In this document: in pieces, positions 11,967 through 22,997 of the stretch
Numbering within the stretch: the stretch's first letter is position 1
Layout: every line of letters begins with the position of its first letter
From: Oscillospiraceae bacterium
GTDB taxonomy: Bacteria > Actinomycetota > Coriobacteriia > Coriobacteriales > Eggerthellaceae
NCBI GenBank assembly: GCA_963628375.1
Contig: CAVGFB010000157.1
Span: forward strand, 1 to 30,581
Length of the DNA: 30,581 bases
Reading direction: 5' to 3'
The notes under the pieces: generated by a model
Databases searched by the model: none
What the model saw: the letters and a program-made list of their open reading frames with translations, nothing else
Told to the model about the DNA's origin: nothing
Program-made: the position numbers and the translations under genes

Positions 11967-13774
11967 TTATTTTTTCAATCTGTTTTCTTCAATTGTCATT
12001 TTAATAACATTTGCTCCAAAATCTGACGAGTACATTACGCTAGAAGTTACTCCTTTAAGTAATTTCATCGAAACTTTATCTTCATTTTTTATAACAATTT
12101 CAGGATTTGGTTTTAATGGATTAAAAATCTCATGTGTATCTATTATAAAAATTCTATATTTGATTTTTCTTTATAAATAGTTACATCTAATTTCAAATTT
12201 TTATTTTCTGTATTGTTTTTTCTATCTATTACTAATTTAAGATATTCTTCAATAATCAAGTTCATTTTTTGCTTTGTTTTTATAGAAGTTTTATTCTTTT
12301 CGCAAAATTTATCTATCTCTTTAGTAAGGTTTTTTAAATCGTCAACTGAAGAAATAAATACATTTAAAAATTCATCTTCATTAGTATTAAATTTTTTATT
12401 TATTAGAAAAACGTTTTCAAATTTAAGGGAAATTTTTTTGTTATAGAAAAAAGATATTACAATCAAAACTAATATGATTATTATTTCGCCTACTGTAACA
12501 CTAAGTCAAAATCCATTAATGCCGATAGCTCTGCCTAATAAAATAGCTATAACAGCAATAGTAATATTTTCTGCAAAAGCAATTAGATTAACTATTTTTG
12601 TATACTGTGCACAATAAAAACTCTTTAGTAATATGTTATACGTTGTATTAAACAACAAATAAGGAGAAAACAAAAATAACATGTTCACACACATATCAAA
12701 AGCTTCTTGGTCATCAGAAATAAATAAAGAGGTGATTTGTTCATTAAAAAAAACGATTATTGCGATAAATAATAATGAAAAGCTAATACCAACTCAAATA
12801 GAGTGCCTTAAGAGCTTTTTATACATTACAACATTGTTTTGGCCACGAAAATAGGTTCCTAGAATTAATATAGAATTACCAATTGCAAGAGAAAAACAGC
12901 CTAAAAAAGAAAGCAAAATATTTTCGACATTCATAACAGCAACAGCATTAACACCGTATATATTTATTAATTCGATATTGATTAAATATGATTTTACCGT
13001 TACACCTAAAGTAAACATTGCTTCAGGAAGACCTAACCTAAATACATTAGGAAAGTCTCTAAAGCTTATGTTTTGAAAGTCAAAGTAAACAATCTTATTT
13101 GAAGATTTTCCTACAAAAGAAGGAATAATAACACAACATGAAACAATATAACTAAGACCACTAGCAAGTCCTATTCCAAATAGGCCAAGTTTAAATACAT
13201 AAATATTAGCTAAGCAAAAAAGGATATTGGTAAAAAACATAACAACAATTGAGATATAAGACATCTTTATTTTATTATTAACCTGAAGGAATGCTAACAA
13301 CATGTTCAATAAAAACATCATGGGAATACCAACACTATAACCTTTTATATATGATATTAATAATGACGAAACACTGCCAGTAGCACCTAAAATAGAAGCA
13401 ATTTGATTAATAAAAATTCAAATTAATAATAATATACCTAGTCCAACCAAAAAAAGAAAAACAGAAATACTAGTAAAAACACTGCTGGATTCCTTTCTTT
13501 TATCTAATCCAATATATTCACAACACTTTACATTTGCCCCAACACAAAAAATATTTAATATGCAAATCAAGGTTAACAAAGGTGAAAACAGACCTACTGC
13601 AGCAATGCTTTCTGCACCGTAAAATTGACCAATAAGAGAGTTACTAACAAAGCCATTTAAGTTACTAATAACTAATGAGAAGAATTGAACTACAACAATT
13701 TTATTGTAAATATTGTTAATAACAAGCATTTTGTTGCTCTTATTAAACATACCGAAGCGTTTTATTTTTGTCAT
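11967..13774 (-). pseudogene. MATE efflux transporter fused to an RsbW/HATPase_c-like C-terminal domain; one frameshift near 12147-12151 (real or assembly error)
   Basis: Four fragments are joined by TGA at 13418, 12794 and 12506. MATE motifs (LGLFGIGLASGLSY, FRLGLP, INGF-W-LS). The tail KMNLIIEE... continues in another frame as IIDTHEIFNP...SMKLLKGVTSSVMYSSDFGANVIKMTI to TAA 11967. Confidence 0.75.
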
Positions 13775-13806
13775 AAGTTACCTAAATTTAAAAATCTTTT
13801 AATTAT

Positions 13807-14619
13807 TTAATTTTGTTTATTACTTTCAACCATTTGAGAAACCTCATTTGAATCAAAGATTTTAGCATTGACAGACTTTGCAGGAGAAACTAGCACAATG
13901 CTACATTTGTAATAACTTGGGATCTGTGAAACGTACACTCCTGAAACAGTTGTTCCTTCACAGTTTTCCCCTTCAACAGTATCGGCAATCACGCAATCAA
14001 TATGATTGATGTACCTAGATATTTCGGACGTGGGAGACACACAAACAACAATGTCTACTTTATTGACTTCTTTTAGATTATCAACCTTTTTTTGAAAGTT
14101 TGATACTGCCTGTGTTTTAAGTTGATCTTTGTAAGATGAAGTTTGACTTATAAGATTTGGACCGTTCTGATTACCCGATGCTATTGTTTTAAGTTCGCTG
14201 TCAGTTAGAGAAACGTACCCAATCTTTCATTTATCTTGAGAGACAGCAATTCCGCTACTGTATAGTGATTTATTGTCTACATCAATATTTAAAACGCTGG
14301 ACTTTTTTTCTAGATATATACTTTTTAATGTAGAAATATCAGCTCTAGAATCTATATTTTCTTTGTCTTGATTTTTATCTTTTGTGTTGCTTTGTACTAG
14401 AATCGCAGCATAACCATTGAGTTGCCCTGCATTGTCATCAATTATAAGCGCCGTTTTATCAAAACCATGACCTGCTCAAATATAAAAACTAATTATCCCT
14501 ATAAAAAACATTACAGAAAGAAAGAACAATAAGATACCAAGCTTTTCCCTTTTGTTTTTTTTGTTTGTTTTAACAAAATCTATTTTTTGAGTATTATGTG
14601 TTATTTTTTTATCTTCCAT
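13807..14619 (-). CDS. Hypothetical membrane-anchored protein (270 aa)
   Basis: Open frame from ATG 14619 with TGA at 14476 and 14227. TM segment LGILLFFLSVMFFIGIISFYI. Starts 5 nt after the uvrA stop. Confidence 0.75.
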
Positions 14620-14624
14620 AATTT

Positions 14625-17558
14625 CTATAACATTTTACTTAAAAATTCTCCTGTATAACTCCCTGTTTTTTTATAATTCTTAGATAACTCTTCAGGTGTT
14701 CCACTATCAATTATATATCCACCAGCCTCACCGCCTTCAGGTCCTAAGTCTATAATGTAGTCAGCACTTTTAATAACATCTAAATTATGCTCAATAACAA
14801 GAACAGTATTACCTGCATCTACAAGCCTATTTAACACAGCCAAGAGTTGTTTAACGTCTTCAAAATGAAGCCCAGTTGTAGGCTCGTCCAATATATAAAA
14901 AGTCCTACCGCTCTGAACACGCTGAAGCTCGCTAGATAGCTTTACTCTTTGAGCCTCTCCTCCAGATAGTGTTGTTGCAGGTTGCCCTAAATGTATATAA
15001 CCAAGCCCTACGTCATGTAAAGTTTTAAGCTTTCTGGCAATTGGAGGAATTGAGCTAAAAAAGGAGAAAGCCTCATCAACTGTTAAGTCAAGAATGTCTG
15101 CAATTGATTTGCCTTTATACTTAACCTCTAACGTTTCACGGTTATATCGTTTACCTCCACATTGTTCACAAGTAACATAGACATCAGGCAAAAAGTGCAT
15201 CTCAATTTTGTTTTGCCCATCACCCTTACATGCTTCACATCTTCCTCCTGGCATATTAAAACTAAAACGACCAGGACTATACCCTTTTATTTTACTGTCT
15301 TGTGTAGAAGCAAACAAAGCTCTAATATCATCTCAAAGCCCTATGTATGTTGCAGGATTGCTCCTAGGGGTTCTTCCAATTGGATTTTGGTCAATGACTA
15401 TTGCCTTATCAAGGTGTTTTAGTCCTGTAATAGCTTTATGCTTTCCACAAACAAGGTTAGACCTATTAAGCGCGTTTGTTAGTACTGGAGACAATGTATC
15501 AATTATCAACGATGATTTACCTGAACCTGATACTCCACTAACAACACACAAACAAGATAGAGGAACTTTTAAATTTATATTTTTTAGATTGTGTTGTGTT
15601 GCGCCTTTTAAAGAAATAAATTTATTATTTTTATTAAAGCGTCTTTTATTTGGAACTTCAATTTTTCTTTTTCCATTTAAATAGTCTGCTGTAATAGATT
15701 TCTTGCTTCTTTGGATTTGTTTAGGGCTACCACATGCTACAACTCTTCCTCCTTGATGACCTGCATAAGGACCAATATCAACAATATAATCAGACATGCG
15801 AATTGTTTCCTCATCATGCTCAACAACAACAACCGTATTGCCTAAGTCTCTCAAACCTTTTAGTGCGTTAATTAGACGAATATTGTCTTTTTGATGAAGC
15901 CCAATAGAAGGCTCGTCAAGTATATACAAAACTCCCATAAGCCCTGTTCCAATTTGTGTGGCAAGTCTTATTCGTTGAGCTTCTCCTCCAGATAAGGACG
16001 CTGTTGTTCTTTCAAGTGTTAAATAATCAAGTCCTACATCGTTTAAAAATTTAAGTCGAGTTAAAATCTCTTTTACTATTGGTGTTATTATCTTTGTTTC
16101 TGCTGTGCTGAATTTAGAATAGATAGTAGAATTTTTGTCGGAAACTTCTTTAAAGAATTTATAACATTTACCTGCTGACATTTGACATACTTCATAAATG
16201 TTTTTGTTTGCTACAGTTACACTTAAGAATTCTGGTTTTAGTCTCATACCATTACAGCTTTTACATTTACTTTGAACAAAATACCTTGATAATTTAGACT
16301 TTAAACTTTGAGATTTTGAATTTGCAATTTTCTCTTTTATTGCGGCTTCTACTCCTTCTCATTTAATAGCTCACTTTGATGTTCTTCCTGATAAGTTTTT
16401 GTAATTTACATCAATTATCTCGTCACCACAACCATTCAATATCTTATCTTTACTTTGTTTAGAAATCCTTTTTCAAGGAGTGTTAGGTTTGATTTTTAAA
16501 TGTTTTGCAACAGCAACAATAATTTGTGGATAATAATTACCATTTTTGAAAGGTTCTATGCATCCTTGTTCTATACTTAAATCACTATCGGGAATAACAG
16601 TCTCTAAGTTTAAATTTTCACTAAATCCAAGACCTAAACAATCACTACATGCCCCGTAAGGTGCATTAAAAGAAAAATCTCGAGGTTCTAACTTAGATAT
16701 AGAATAACCGTGTTCAGGACATGAAAAAGCTAGAGAAAACGTATGTTCATTTTTGTCTTTTATTCTTGTTGCGCCTGATGAGAACTTGACTTCATTATTT
16801 TTTTTATTATTTTCTAAAGTTTCGTTATCATTTAATATTTTAACTGTAACTACACCATTGCTAAGTTTAGAACTAAGTTCAACTGCTTGTGCAATGCGAG
16901 ATCTAGATTCTTGTTTGATTTGTATTCTGTCTACAACAACATCAATAAAATGTTTAATTTGCTTGTTTAGTCGAATTTCTTGACCTGTCAATTTAATGAT
17001 TTCGTTATCAATTCTTACTCTACTAAAACCCTGTTTCAATAAGCCTTCAAAAAGTTTTGTATACTCTCCCTTTTTTCCTATAACTACAGGAGACATTATG
17101 GTTGCCTTTGTGTTTTTATCGCTCTCTTTTAGTTTTAAAATCTTTTCTACAATGCTGTCTGTTGTTTGAACAGAAATTTCTCGTCCGCATTTAGGACAAT
17201 GAGCGATACCAGCTCTTGCGAACAATAATCTTAAATAATCATAGATCTCTGTTGTGGTTCCTACAGTTGAACGTGGATTTTTAGATGTTGTTTTTTGGTC
17301 AATAGAAACAGCTGGAGATAACCCCTCTATTCTTTCCACTTCAGGTTTTTTTATCTGCCCTAGAAACATACGCGCATAACTCGATAATGATTCAACATAC
17401 CTACGCTGTCCTTCAGCATATATTGTGTCAAAAGCTAAACTGGACTTGCCAGATCCGCTAAGCCCTGTTATTACAGTAAACTTATCCCTAGGAATTTTTA
17501 CATTTATGTTTTTTAGGTTGTGCTGGTTAGCTCCGTATATTTCGATATATTTTTGCAA
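14625..17558 (-). CDS. uvrA: Excinuclease ABC subunit A, 977 aa under table 4
   Basis: Two Walker A motifs ([18 protein letters not shown]), two LSGGEAQR signatures, zinc fingers. TGA at 16473, 16371, 16359 and 15333. TTG start uncertain. Ends TAG. Confidence 0.97.
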
Positions 17559-17607
17559 AATAGAGAGTAAAAGCCAGATTAATGTATGAAATAAACTTTA
17601 GGTGTTT

Positions 17608-18054
17608 CTATTTACTGTCGTCCAACAATATTTTTCTTGTAACAAAGTTTCATACCATTACTACGCATGTCGCAATAATTTTTGCGATATTGTCCTTCAG
17701 TAGAATCGACATTTGAAAAGGTCATTCAATAGCATGAGCAAAAAATCAAACAACTAAGTTATTAATTCCTAGCCCTATTATGGACAAAATTAAAAAAATT
17801 AAAAATTCATGAACTTTGTTCATGTTCTCTTTATGAACAAAAACATACTTCATACTAGCTATATAATTAAAGATCACAGAGATAGTGAACCCAAGTGTTG
17901 TTGCCGTTGCTGTATATCATTGTTGAGAAACTACTGTTTCTCCATATAGTCTAGACCCAACAATTAAAATTATATTAAAAATTCCCCAATCAATGAGAAA
18001 AGCGATAATTCCAACAATGCCAAATTTTCAAATTTGATTAAATAAGTGTTTCAC
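17608..18054 (-). CDS. GtrA-family flippase-like membrane protein (148 aa)
   Basis: QI-W-KFGIVGIIAFLIDWG...FNYIASMKYVF...AKIIATCVVMV-W-NFVTRK. 5 TGA hide it completely from the standard-code track. Confidence 0.88.
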
Positions 18055-18069
18055 AATAAGCTCGCTAAT

Positions 18070-19059
18070 TTAGTTCTTTTTTATTGTCAATTTAGTATTT
18101 TCAAAGTAAATATTGTTTACTTGAAGCTCGTATTGCTTTCTTTGACCTTTAATAATAGATGACAAGATACAACCTGTTATAAAGTTAACAAACCCAATGC
18201 CAACTAAAGCAACAGCAAGTAATGCAGTGGGTAGTCTTGGCACTAAACCTGTGTTTATAAACTCACCAACAACTGGAATACCCTCTATTAAGCCTACTAA
18301 GATAAAAATAAACGACAATAATGTAAATAAAGCAAAAGGCTTATACTCTTTAAAGAGCTGAACGATTAAAAGTAAAACTTTAAATCCATCTTTAAAAGTT
18401 GAAAGTTTACTCTCAGATCCTTCTGGTCTATTTCTATATGTAATAGGCACTTGTTTAATTTTTCAATTTTTGTCTACTGCATGAATTGACATCTCTGTTT
18501 CGATTTGAAATCCGGTAGACAAAATAGGGAACGTCTTAGCAAACGATCGGTTATACGCTCTATACCCTGTCATAACATCTGTATATTCATATCTATAAAT
18601 AACTTTAATTAGTCACCTAACTAAGTTATTTCCAAAACCATGAAATGCTCTATCGTTCTCAGACCCATAGGTTCCATTACTTAACCTATCTCCTACAGTC
18701 ATATCTGCAGAACCATCAATTAGTGGAGACAAAAGCTGTCTTGCTTGATTAGCGGGATAGGTATCATCCCCATCAACCATAATGTAGTAATCAGCATCAA
18801 TATCACGGTGCATTTGGCGTACAACGTTACCTTTGCCCTGTCTCGGCTCAGGCTTTACAATTGCACCACATTCTTTTGCAATTTTATATGTGTCATCTGT
18901 ACTATTATTGTCATAAACATAAATTTGAGCATTTGGTAGCTCTTTTTTGAAATCCTTGATTACTTTAGCAATTGTTTGCTGTTCGTTATAACAAGGAATT
19001 AATACGGCAACATTGCTATTGTCAATTATTGTATCTATGTTTAGCTTTTCATTCTCCAT
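18070..19059 (-). CDS. Family 2 glycosyltransferase (DPM1/GtrB-like) with two C-terminal TM helices
   Basis: LIPCYNE, YDNNSTD, QGKG, MVDGDDTY, DVMTGYR and GFQIETE motifs. TGA at 18613 and 18463. Confidence 0.92.
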
Positions 19060-19066
19060 ATGTAGC

Positions 19067-19075
19067 ATTATAACA
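19067..19075 (-). promoter_or_regulatory. Extended -10 promoter, probably giving a leaderless mRNA
   Basis: TGTTATAAT followed by 7 nt and then ATG 19059, with no SD sequence. Confidence 0.55.
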
Positions 19076-19082
19076 AATAATT

Positions 19083-20078
19083 TTATTTAGCAAATTTAAA
19101 AACACGTAACGAATTAGGAATTACCTCAACATTAAATTTGTCAGCTTTATGCTCTTCTCCATCAAGTTGGCAAGGAATAGACTGATCAAATGATATACTT
19201 AACTTCTTGCATCTATCCATTGTTATTTCATCCAGCTTTACATGATTACCCATACAAGCTCTACCAAAAATATAAAGAGATTTAGTTTTAGATAAGTTAC
19301 CAACACAGTAACAAACATCTAAAAACCCATCATTAATAGAGGCCTTTGGTGTTACTTTAAAGCCTCCTCCATATGTAGGACCGTTTTGAATAGCAAACAT
19401 AAAACAACTACCTTGGATTTTTTTATTATCAATAGTTGCTTTGTAATTGTACGTTTTTAAGTTGTGATTTATTTCATGTATTGAAGATTCAAAATAAAGC
19501 CTAAAACCTCTTAATGACTTTTTCTTTCTTAACTGGTTTGAATATATAGCAATACCAGCATCAATTCCAAAAGACATCGTCTGAGCAAAATACTCCCCAT
19601 TACAGCATCCAACATCACATGGAGTTACATAACTATTTAGCAGTTGATTTACTGCCGTTTCACAATGAAAGCTTATATTTAAGCTTCTAGCAAAATCGTT
19701 TCCTGATCCAACAGGAATTACACCAAATTTTGGACGTGCATTTTTCGGTAGCGACATCAAGCCTTGTAGGACCTCATGAACAAGCCCATCTCCTCCAACA
19801 GCTATAATAGTGTCAAAATTAGAAGCTTTTTTTACAATTTCAGTTCCATGCCCGTTATGCTGTGTATAAATCATTTCAACTTGCTGGTGATATACGTTTC
19901 TTAGTATGTTATATGCGTCTCGTCCATTTTTTGACCCTGTTCCATTTTGTGAAACCGGATTTATAATTAAAAGAGTTTTACCTAAAAGTCCTATTCCGTG
20001 GTCGTGCTGGGCAGAAGTAAGACTGTCTTTTACTATGTTTTGCTTAACGTTCTTTAAAGGTTTTTTGTAGCTTCTCAT
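19083..20078 (-). CDS. Diacylglycerol/lipid kinase family protein (YegS/Rv2252/BmrU)
   Basis: IINP, GGDG, IPVGSGNDFARSL, NGPTYGGG and QLDGE motifs. Confidence 0.92.
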   Translation of the reverse strand: MRSYKKPLKNVKQNIVKDSLTSAQHDHGIGLLGKTLLIINPVSQNGTGSKNGRDAYNILRNVYHQQVEMIYTQHNGHGTEIVKKASNFDTIIAVGGDGLVHEVLQGLMSLPKNARPKFGVIPVGSGNDFARSLNISFHCETAVNQLLNSYVTPCDVGCCNGEYFAQTMSFGIDAGIAIYSNQLRKKKSLRGFRLYFESSIHEINHNLKTYNYKATIDNKKIQGSCFMFAIQNGPTYGGGFKVTPKASINDGFLDVCYCVGNLSKTKSLYIFGRACMGNHVKLDEITMDRCKKLSISFDQSIPCQLDGEEHKADKFNVEVIPNSLRVFKFAK

Positions 20079-20113
20079 TTTTAAATTTTATTGAATAAGT
20101 TTTGATTATATTT

Positions 20114-20818
20114 TTAATCTAACTTTGCTCTGTCAATGTGATCTCATGGGTGCCCACAGCACATTTTTCCTTCTTTGCACTTTCCTCTCACACAGCTAGG
20201 GCCTGCATCCATAAAAATAAATGGTGCAGTTGGTCTAACAAGCTCTAACATTTTTTTTGCAAGATCTCTGATTTCCCATTGTGCTCTATTGCAACATCTA
20301 ACACTAAAGAAGTGTAAGAGTTCTCTAATATTCATTGTTACAACAATTTTGGTCTCACAGGCATTTGGGAGAAGGTATCGAGCATCTTCTTTTGGGACGT
20401 CTAATTCATTAAGTTTTGTGTAAGCTTCCTGACATGCTTCAATACAAGAATCAAAAACCTCTTTTGCTTCTTTGTTGTTTTTGATGCTTTCTGGAATAAT
20501 TACATCTAACTCTTTGTCTGCTTTTACATATCTTTGAGACTGTTGATTGTAACTTGCCATTCTATGTCTTACTAGCTGGTGTGTTAAAGCTCGACTTACT
20601 CCTTCAATAGCAAAAGTATATGTTGCATGTTCTAAAGTAGAATTATGACCGCTCTCTAGGATAGTAGATAAAATTTTTTTAGCCTGCTCTTCTTTCATGT
20701 TCTCTACAAGATCAGCCGCTCCCACCTTACTATAACATAGACGAGCTGCAGTGGCAACAGCACGAGCAGGATCTTTTGTGTAGTATAGAAGATCAACTTT
20801 AATGTTTGAGTATGCCAA
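20114..20818 (-). CDS. thyX: FAD-dependent thymidylate synthase
   Basis: H-x-S-x-LEH, SRALTHQLVRHR, SQRY, EDARYLLP and AQWEIR motifs. AAGGAG RBS with TTG start. Under table 4 it reads through TGA 20144 to TAA 20114. Confidence 0.95.
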
Positions 20819-20921
20819 TATTTCTCCTTAAATGAATCTTATGATTTGTTAATAGTATCAAAATTATTATGTATTGTGACTACTTATAGTTTAAAATCAA
20901 AGCAGAGAAAAGGTTTAGATT

Positions 20922-21782
20922 ATGTTTGGATTTATAAAACCCAACTACAAAAAATTAAGTGATAAAGAAAAGCTTCGCTACCAAGAGGTGTACTGTGGGC
21001 TATGCTATTCTCTAAGAGATAATTATGGCCAAATTGCAAGACTTGCTTTAACTTATGATTTAACCTTTTTAATTCTGTTTTTAAGTTCTTTATATGAACC
21101 TAAAGAAAAAAAACAGACTTGTAAGTGTATCTTTAAAAACAAAAAATTAAAAGATGCAAATGTTGCTCTAAACAAATATTCCGAGTATGCAGCAGATATG
21201 ACAATTTTGCTCACGTATTACAAATTTTTTGATGATAAAGTTGATAAAGACCATAAAATCAGAGGAATAATTGGAGAAGGTTTAATTTCAAAGTCTTTCG
21301 AAAAAGCAAAGGCAAAACACCCAGATTCTGAGTCTGCCATTAAAGAAATCATGAATCATATTGTATCTCTTGAGAATAAAGATCATCCAAGTGCAGATGA
21401 AATTTCTAAATTGTTTGGAATTTTACTTGCTACCGTTTTTTGTCCTAATGATGATATTTGAAAAACCCAGTTGGGGAAGTTTGGTGCAAATTTAGGTAGA
21501 TTTATTTATTTTATGGATGCAGCTCTTGATTTAAAAAAAGACAAAAAAAATGGTTGTTATAATCCTTATTTAGAAATGTCCTATAAAAAATCACAAATAA
21601 AAGATGATCTATGTATTCTTGCAGGAAGAACGACACAGGAGTTTGAAAAGTTTCCCTTATTTAAAGATATTAATATTTTAGAAAATATATTATATGAAGG
21701 AGTATGAACGTCTCTAAACCAAAACTTTTCAAAGAAATTAAAAAATAGATTTCGTCTAAGAAAAAATAATAACAATATTTAA
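20922..21782 (+). CDS. DUF5685-family protein
   Basis: MFGFI...YCGLC...LTYDLTFL, LGRFIYFMDA, YNP and NILYEGV-W(TGA 21705). Second TGA at 21459. Confidence 0.8.
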
Positions 21783-21783
21783 A

Positions 21784-22545
21784 ATGGATCCTTATAAAGT
21801 ACTTGGAATATCAAAAGATGCCACAATGGCAGAAGTAAAAAAAGCCTACAGAAAAAAGGCTCGTGAGAATCATCCTGATTTAAATCCAGGTGATAAAGAT
21901 GCAGCTGAAAGAATGAATAAAATCAATGAAGCATATGACAGAATCACAAATCCTGACAAGTACGTTCAAGAAGATGCAAGAAGAGCTGCTGCTAATAGCT
22001 ATCGACAATCTGGAGGCGTATACCCTGGGTACGGTAGTTATAGACAAGGCGGGTCATCTTATTCATGATCTGGTTTTTATGGTTTTGATATGGATGACTT
22101 ATTCAACAATGCCCGTGCGTATTCTAAAAAAGTAGAGTTTTATATAGAAGCAGAGGAAACTGACTCAGGAATTATACTACAAGCAATAAGCGCGATTAAC
22201 TCAAAGAATTATGTTCTGTCATTAAAGCTTCTTAACACAATTGCCAAAGATCTTAGAGATGGTCGATGATTTTACCTTTCTGCAATTGCTAATTACTGTG
22301 AAGATAATTTAATAATTGCTAACGACCATATAAAAAAAGCAATGGAGTTTGATCCGTCTAATGAAAACTATAAAAAAGTGTCTGAGATTATTTCTTCATT
22401 TGGAAAATCTTATAGGCAATCAGGCAAACGAAGAGGCTTTAGTATAAGTACAATTGACCCTGGGCTTTGTTGTTGTGTATGTTTAGGTATTCAGATGTGT
22501 ATTGGTGGAAGTATAGGAATTCCTTGTAGAACGTTTTATTTTTAA
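21784..22545 (+). CDS. J-domain (DnaJ-like) protein with TPR-like region and Cys-rich C-terminus
   Basis: DPYKVLG...HPD...INEAYD J-domain, G/Y/S-rich linker, RDGR-W(TGA 22267)-FYLSA, MEFDPSN and LCCCVC tail. Starts 1 nt after the DUF5685 stop. Confidence 0.88.
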
Positions 22546-22997
22546 GGATAAACTTCTACAATGCCATTATCTTTAACCTTTATATTCATGCCATTTTTCA
22601 CGTAGTTTAAAAATTCACTTCCGAGCGAATCTATAACAGGCATTTTTACCTCTTCTAACCATACATCAGCTAAAATAGAACCAGCTGCTGCTAGAGAATC
22701 GATTTTTTTGCTAAATAGCATACAAGCAGGTTGAGACTTTAGTGCAACAGCACAATAAATAACAAAACCTCCAGTTGTTGAACCTATTGTTTCCGGTAAA
22801 CATAATGCGCTTCCAGCAAGAGGCTTATTGTATAAGTATGAATTGTTTTGATCGCCACACACTGCTTTTTTGTCCCCTTTTTGGAGAGCGCCTTGGAAGC
22901 TTGCAAGTGTGTTTAATCCATCCTTAGTTACAAGTGCTTTTGCTTCTATCTGGCCTTTTACTACAACTCTACCTTTAAATGTTTTCTTATTTGCCAT
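22542..22997 (-). CDS. Aconitase X small (swivel) subunit, DUF126
   Basis: FKGRVVVKG...LCLPETIGSTTGG...MPVID. Start overlaps the stop of the large subunit. Confidence 0.82.
   Translation of the reverse strand: MANKKTFKGRVVVKGQIEAKALVTKDGLNTLASFQGALQKGDKKAVCGDQNNSYLYNKPLAGSALCLPETIGSTTGGFVIYCAVALKSQPACMLFSKKIDSLAAAGSILADVWLEEVKMPVIDSLGSEFLNYVKNGMNIKVKDNGIVEVYP

Noticed and set aside
11477..13806. Integrative element or prophage at the tRNA-Ser 3' end
   Set aside because: The region is AT-rich and accessory-looking, but I found no integrase and no duplicate of the tRNA 3' end.
15162..16983. Plus-strand ORFs inside uvrA, and similar short antisense or off-frame ORFs (1395, 5553, 5858, 7094, 9104, 10256, 10835, 12213, 18745, 20175, 21581, 21926, 25267, 27600, 30119)
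   Set aside because: They lie within or largely overlap well-supported genes and lack RBS or motifs.
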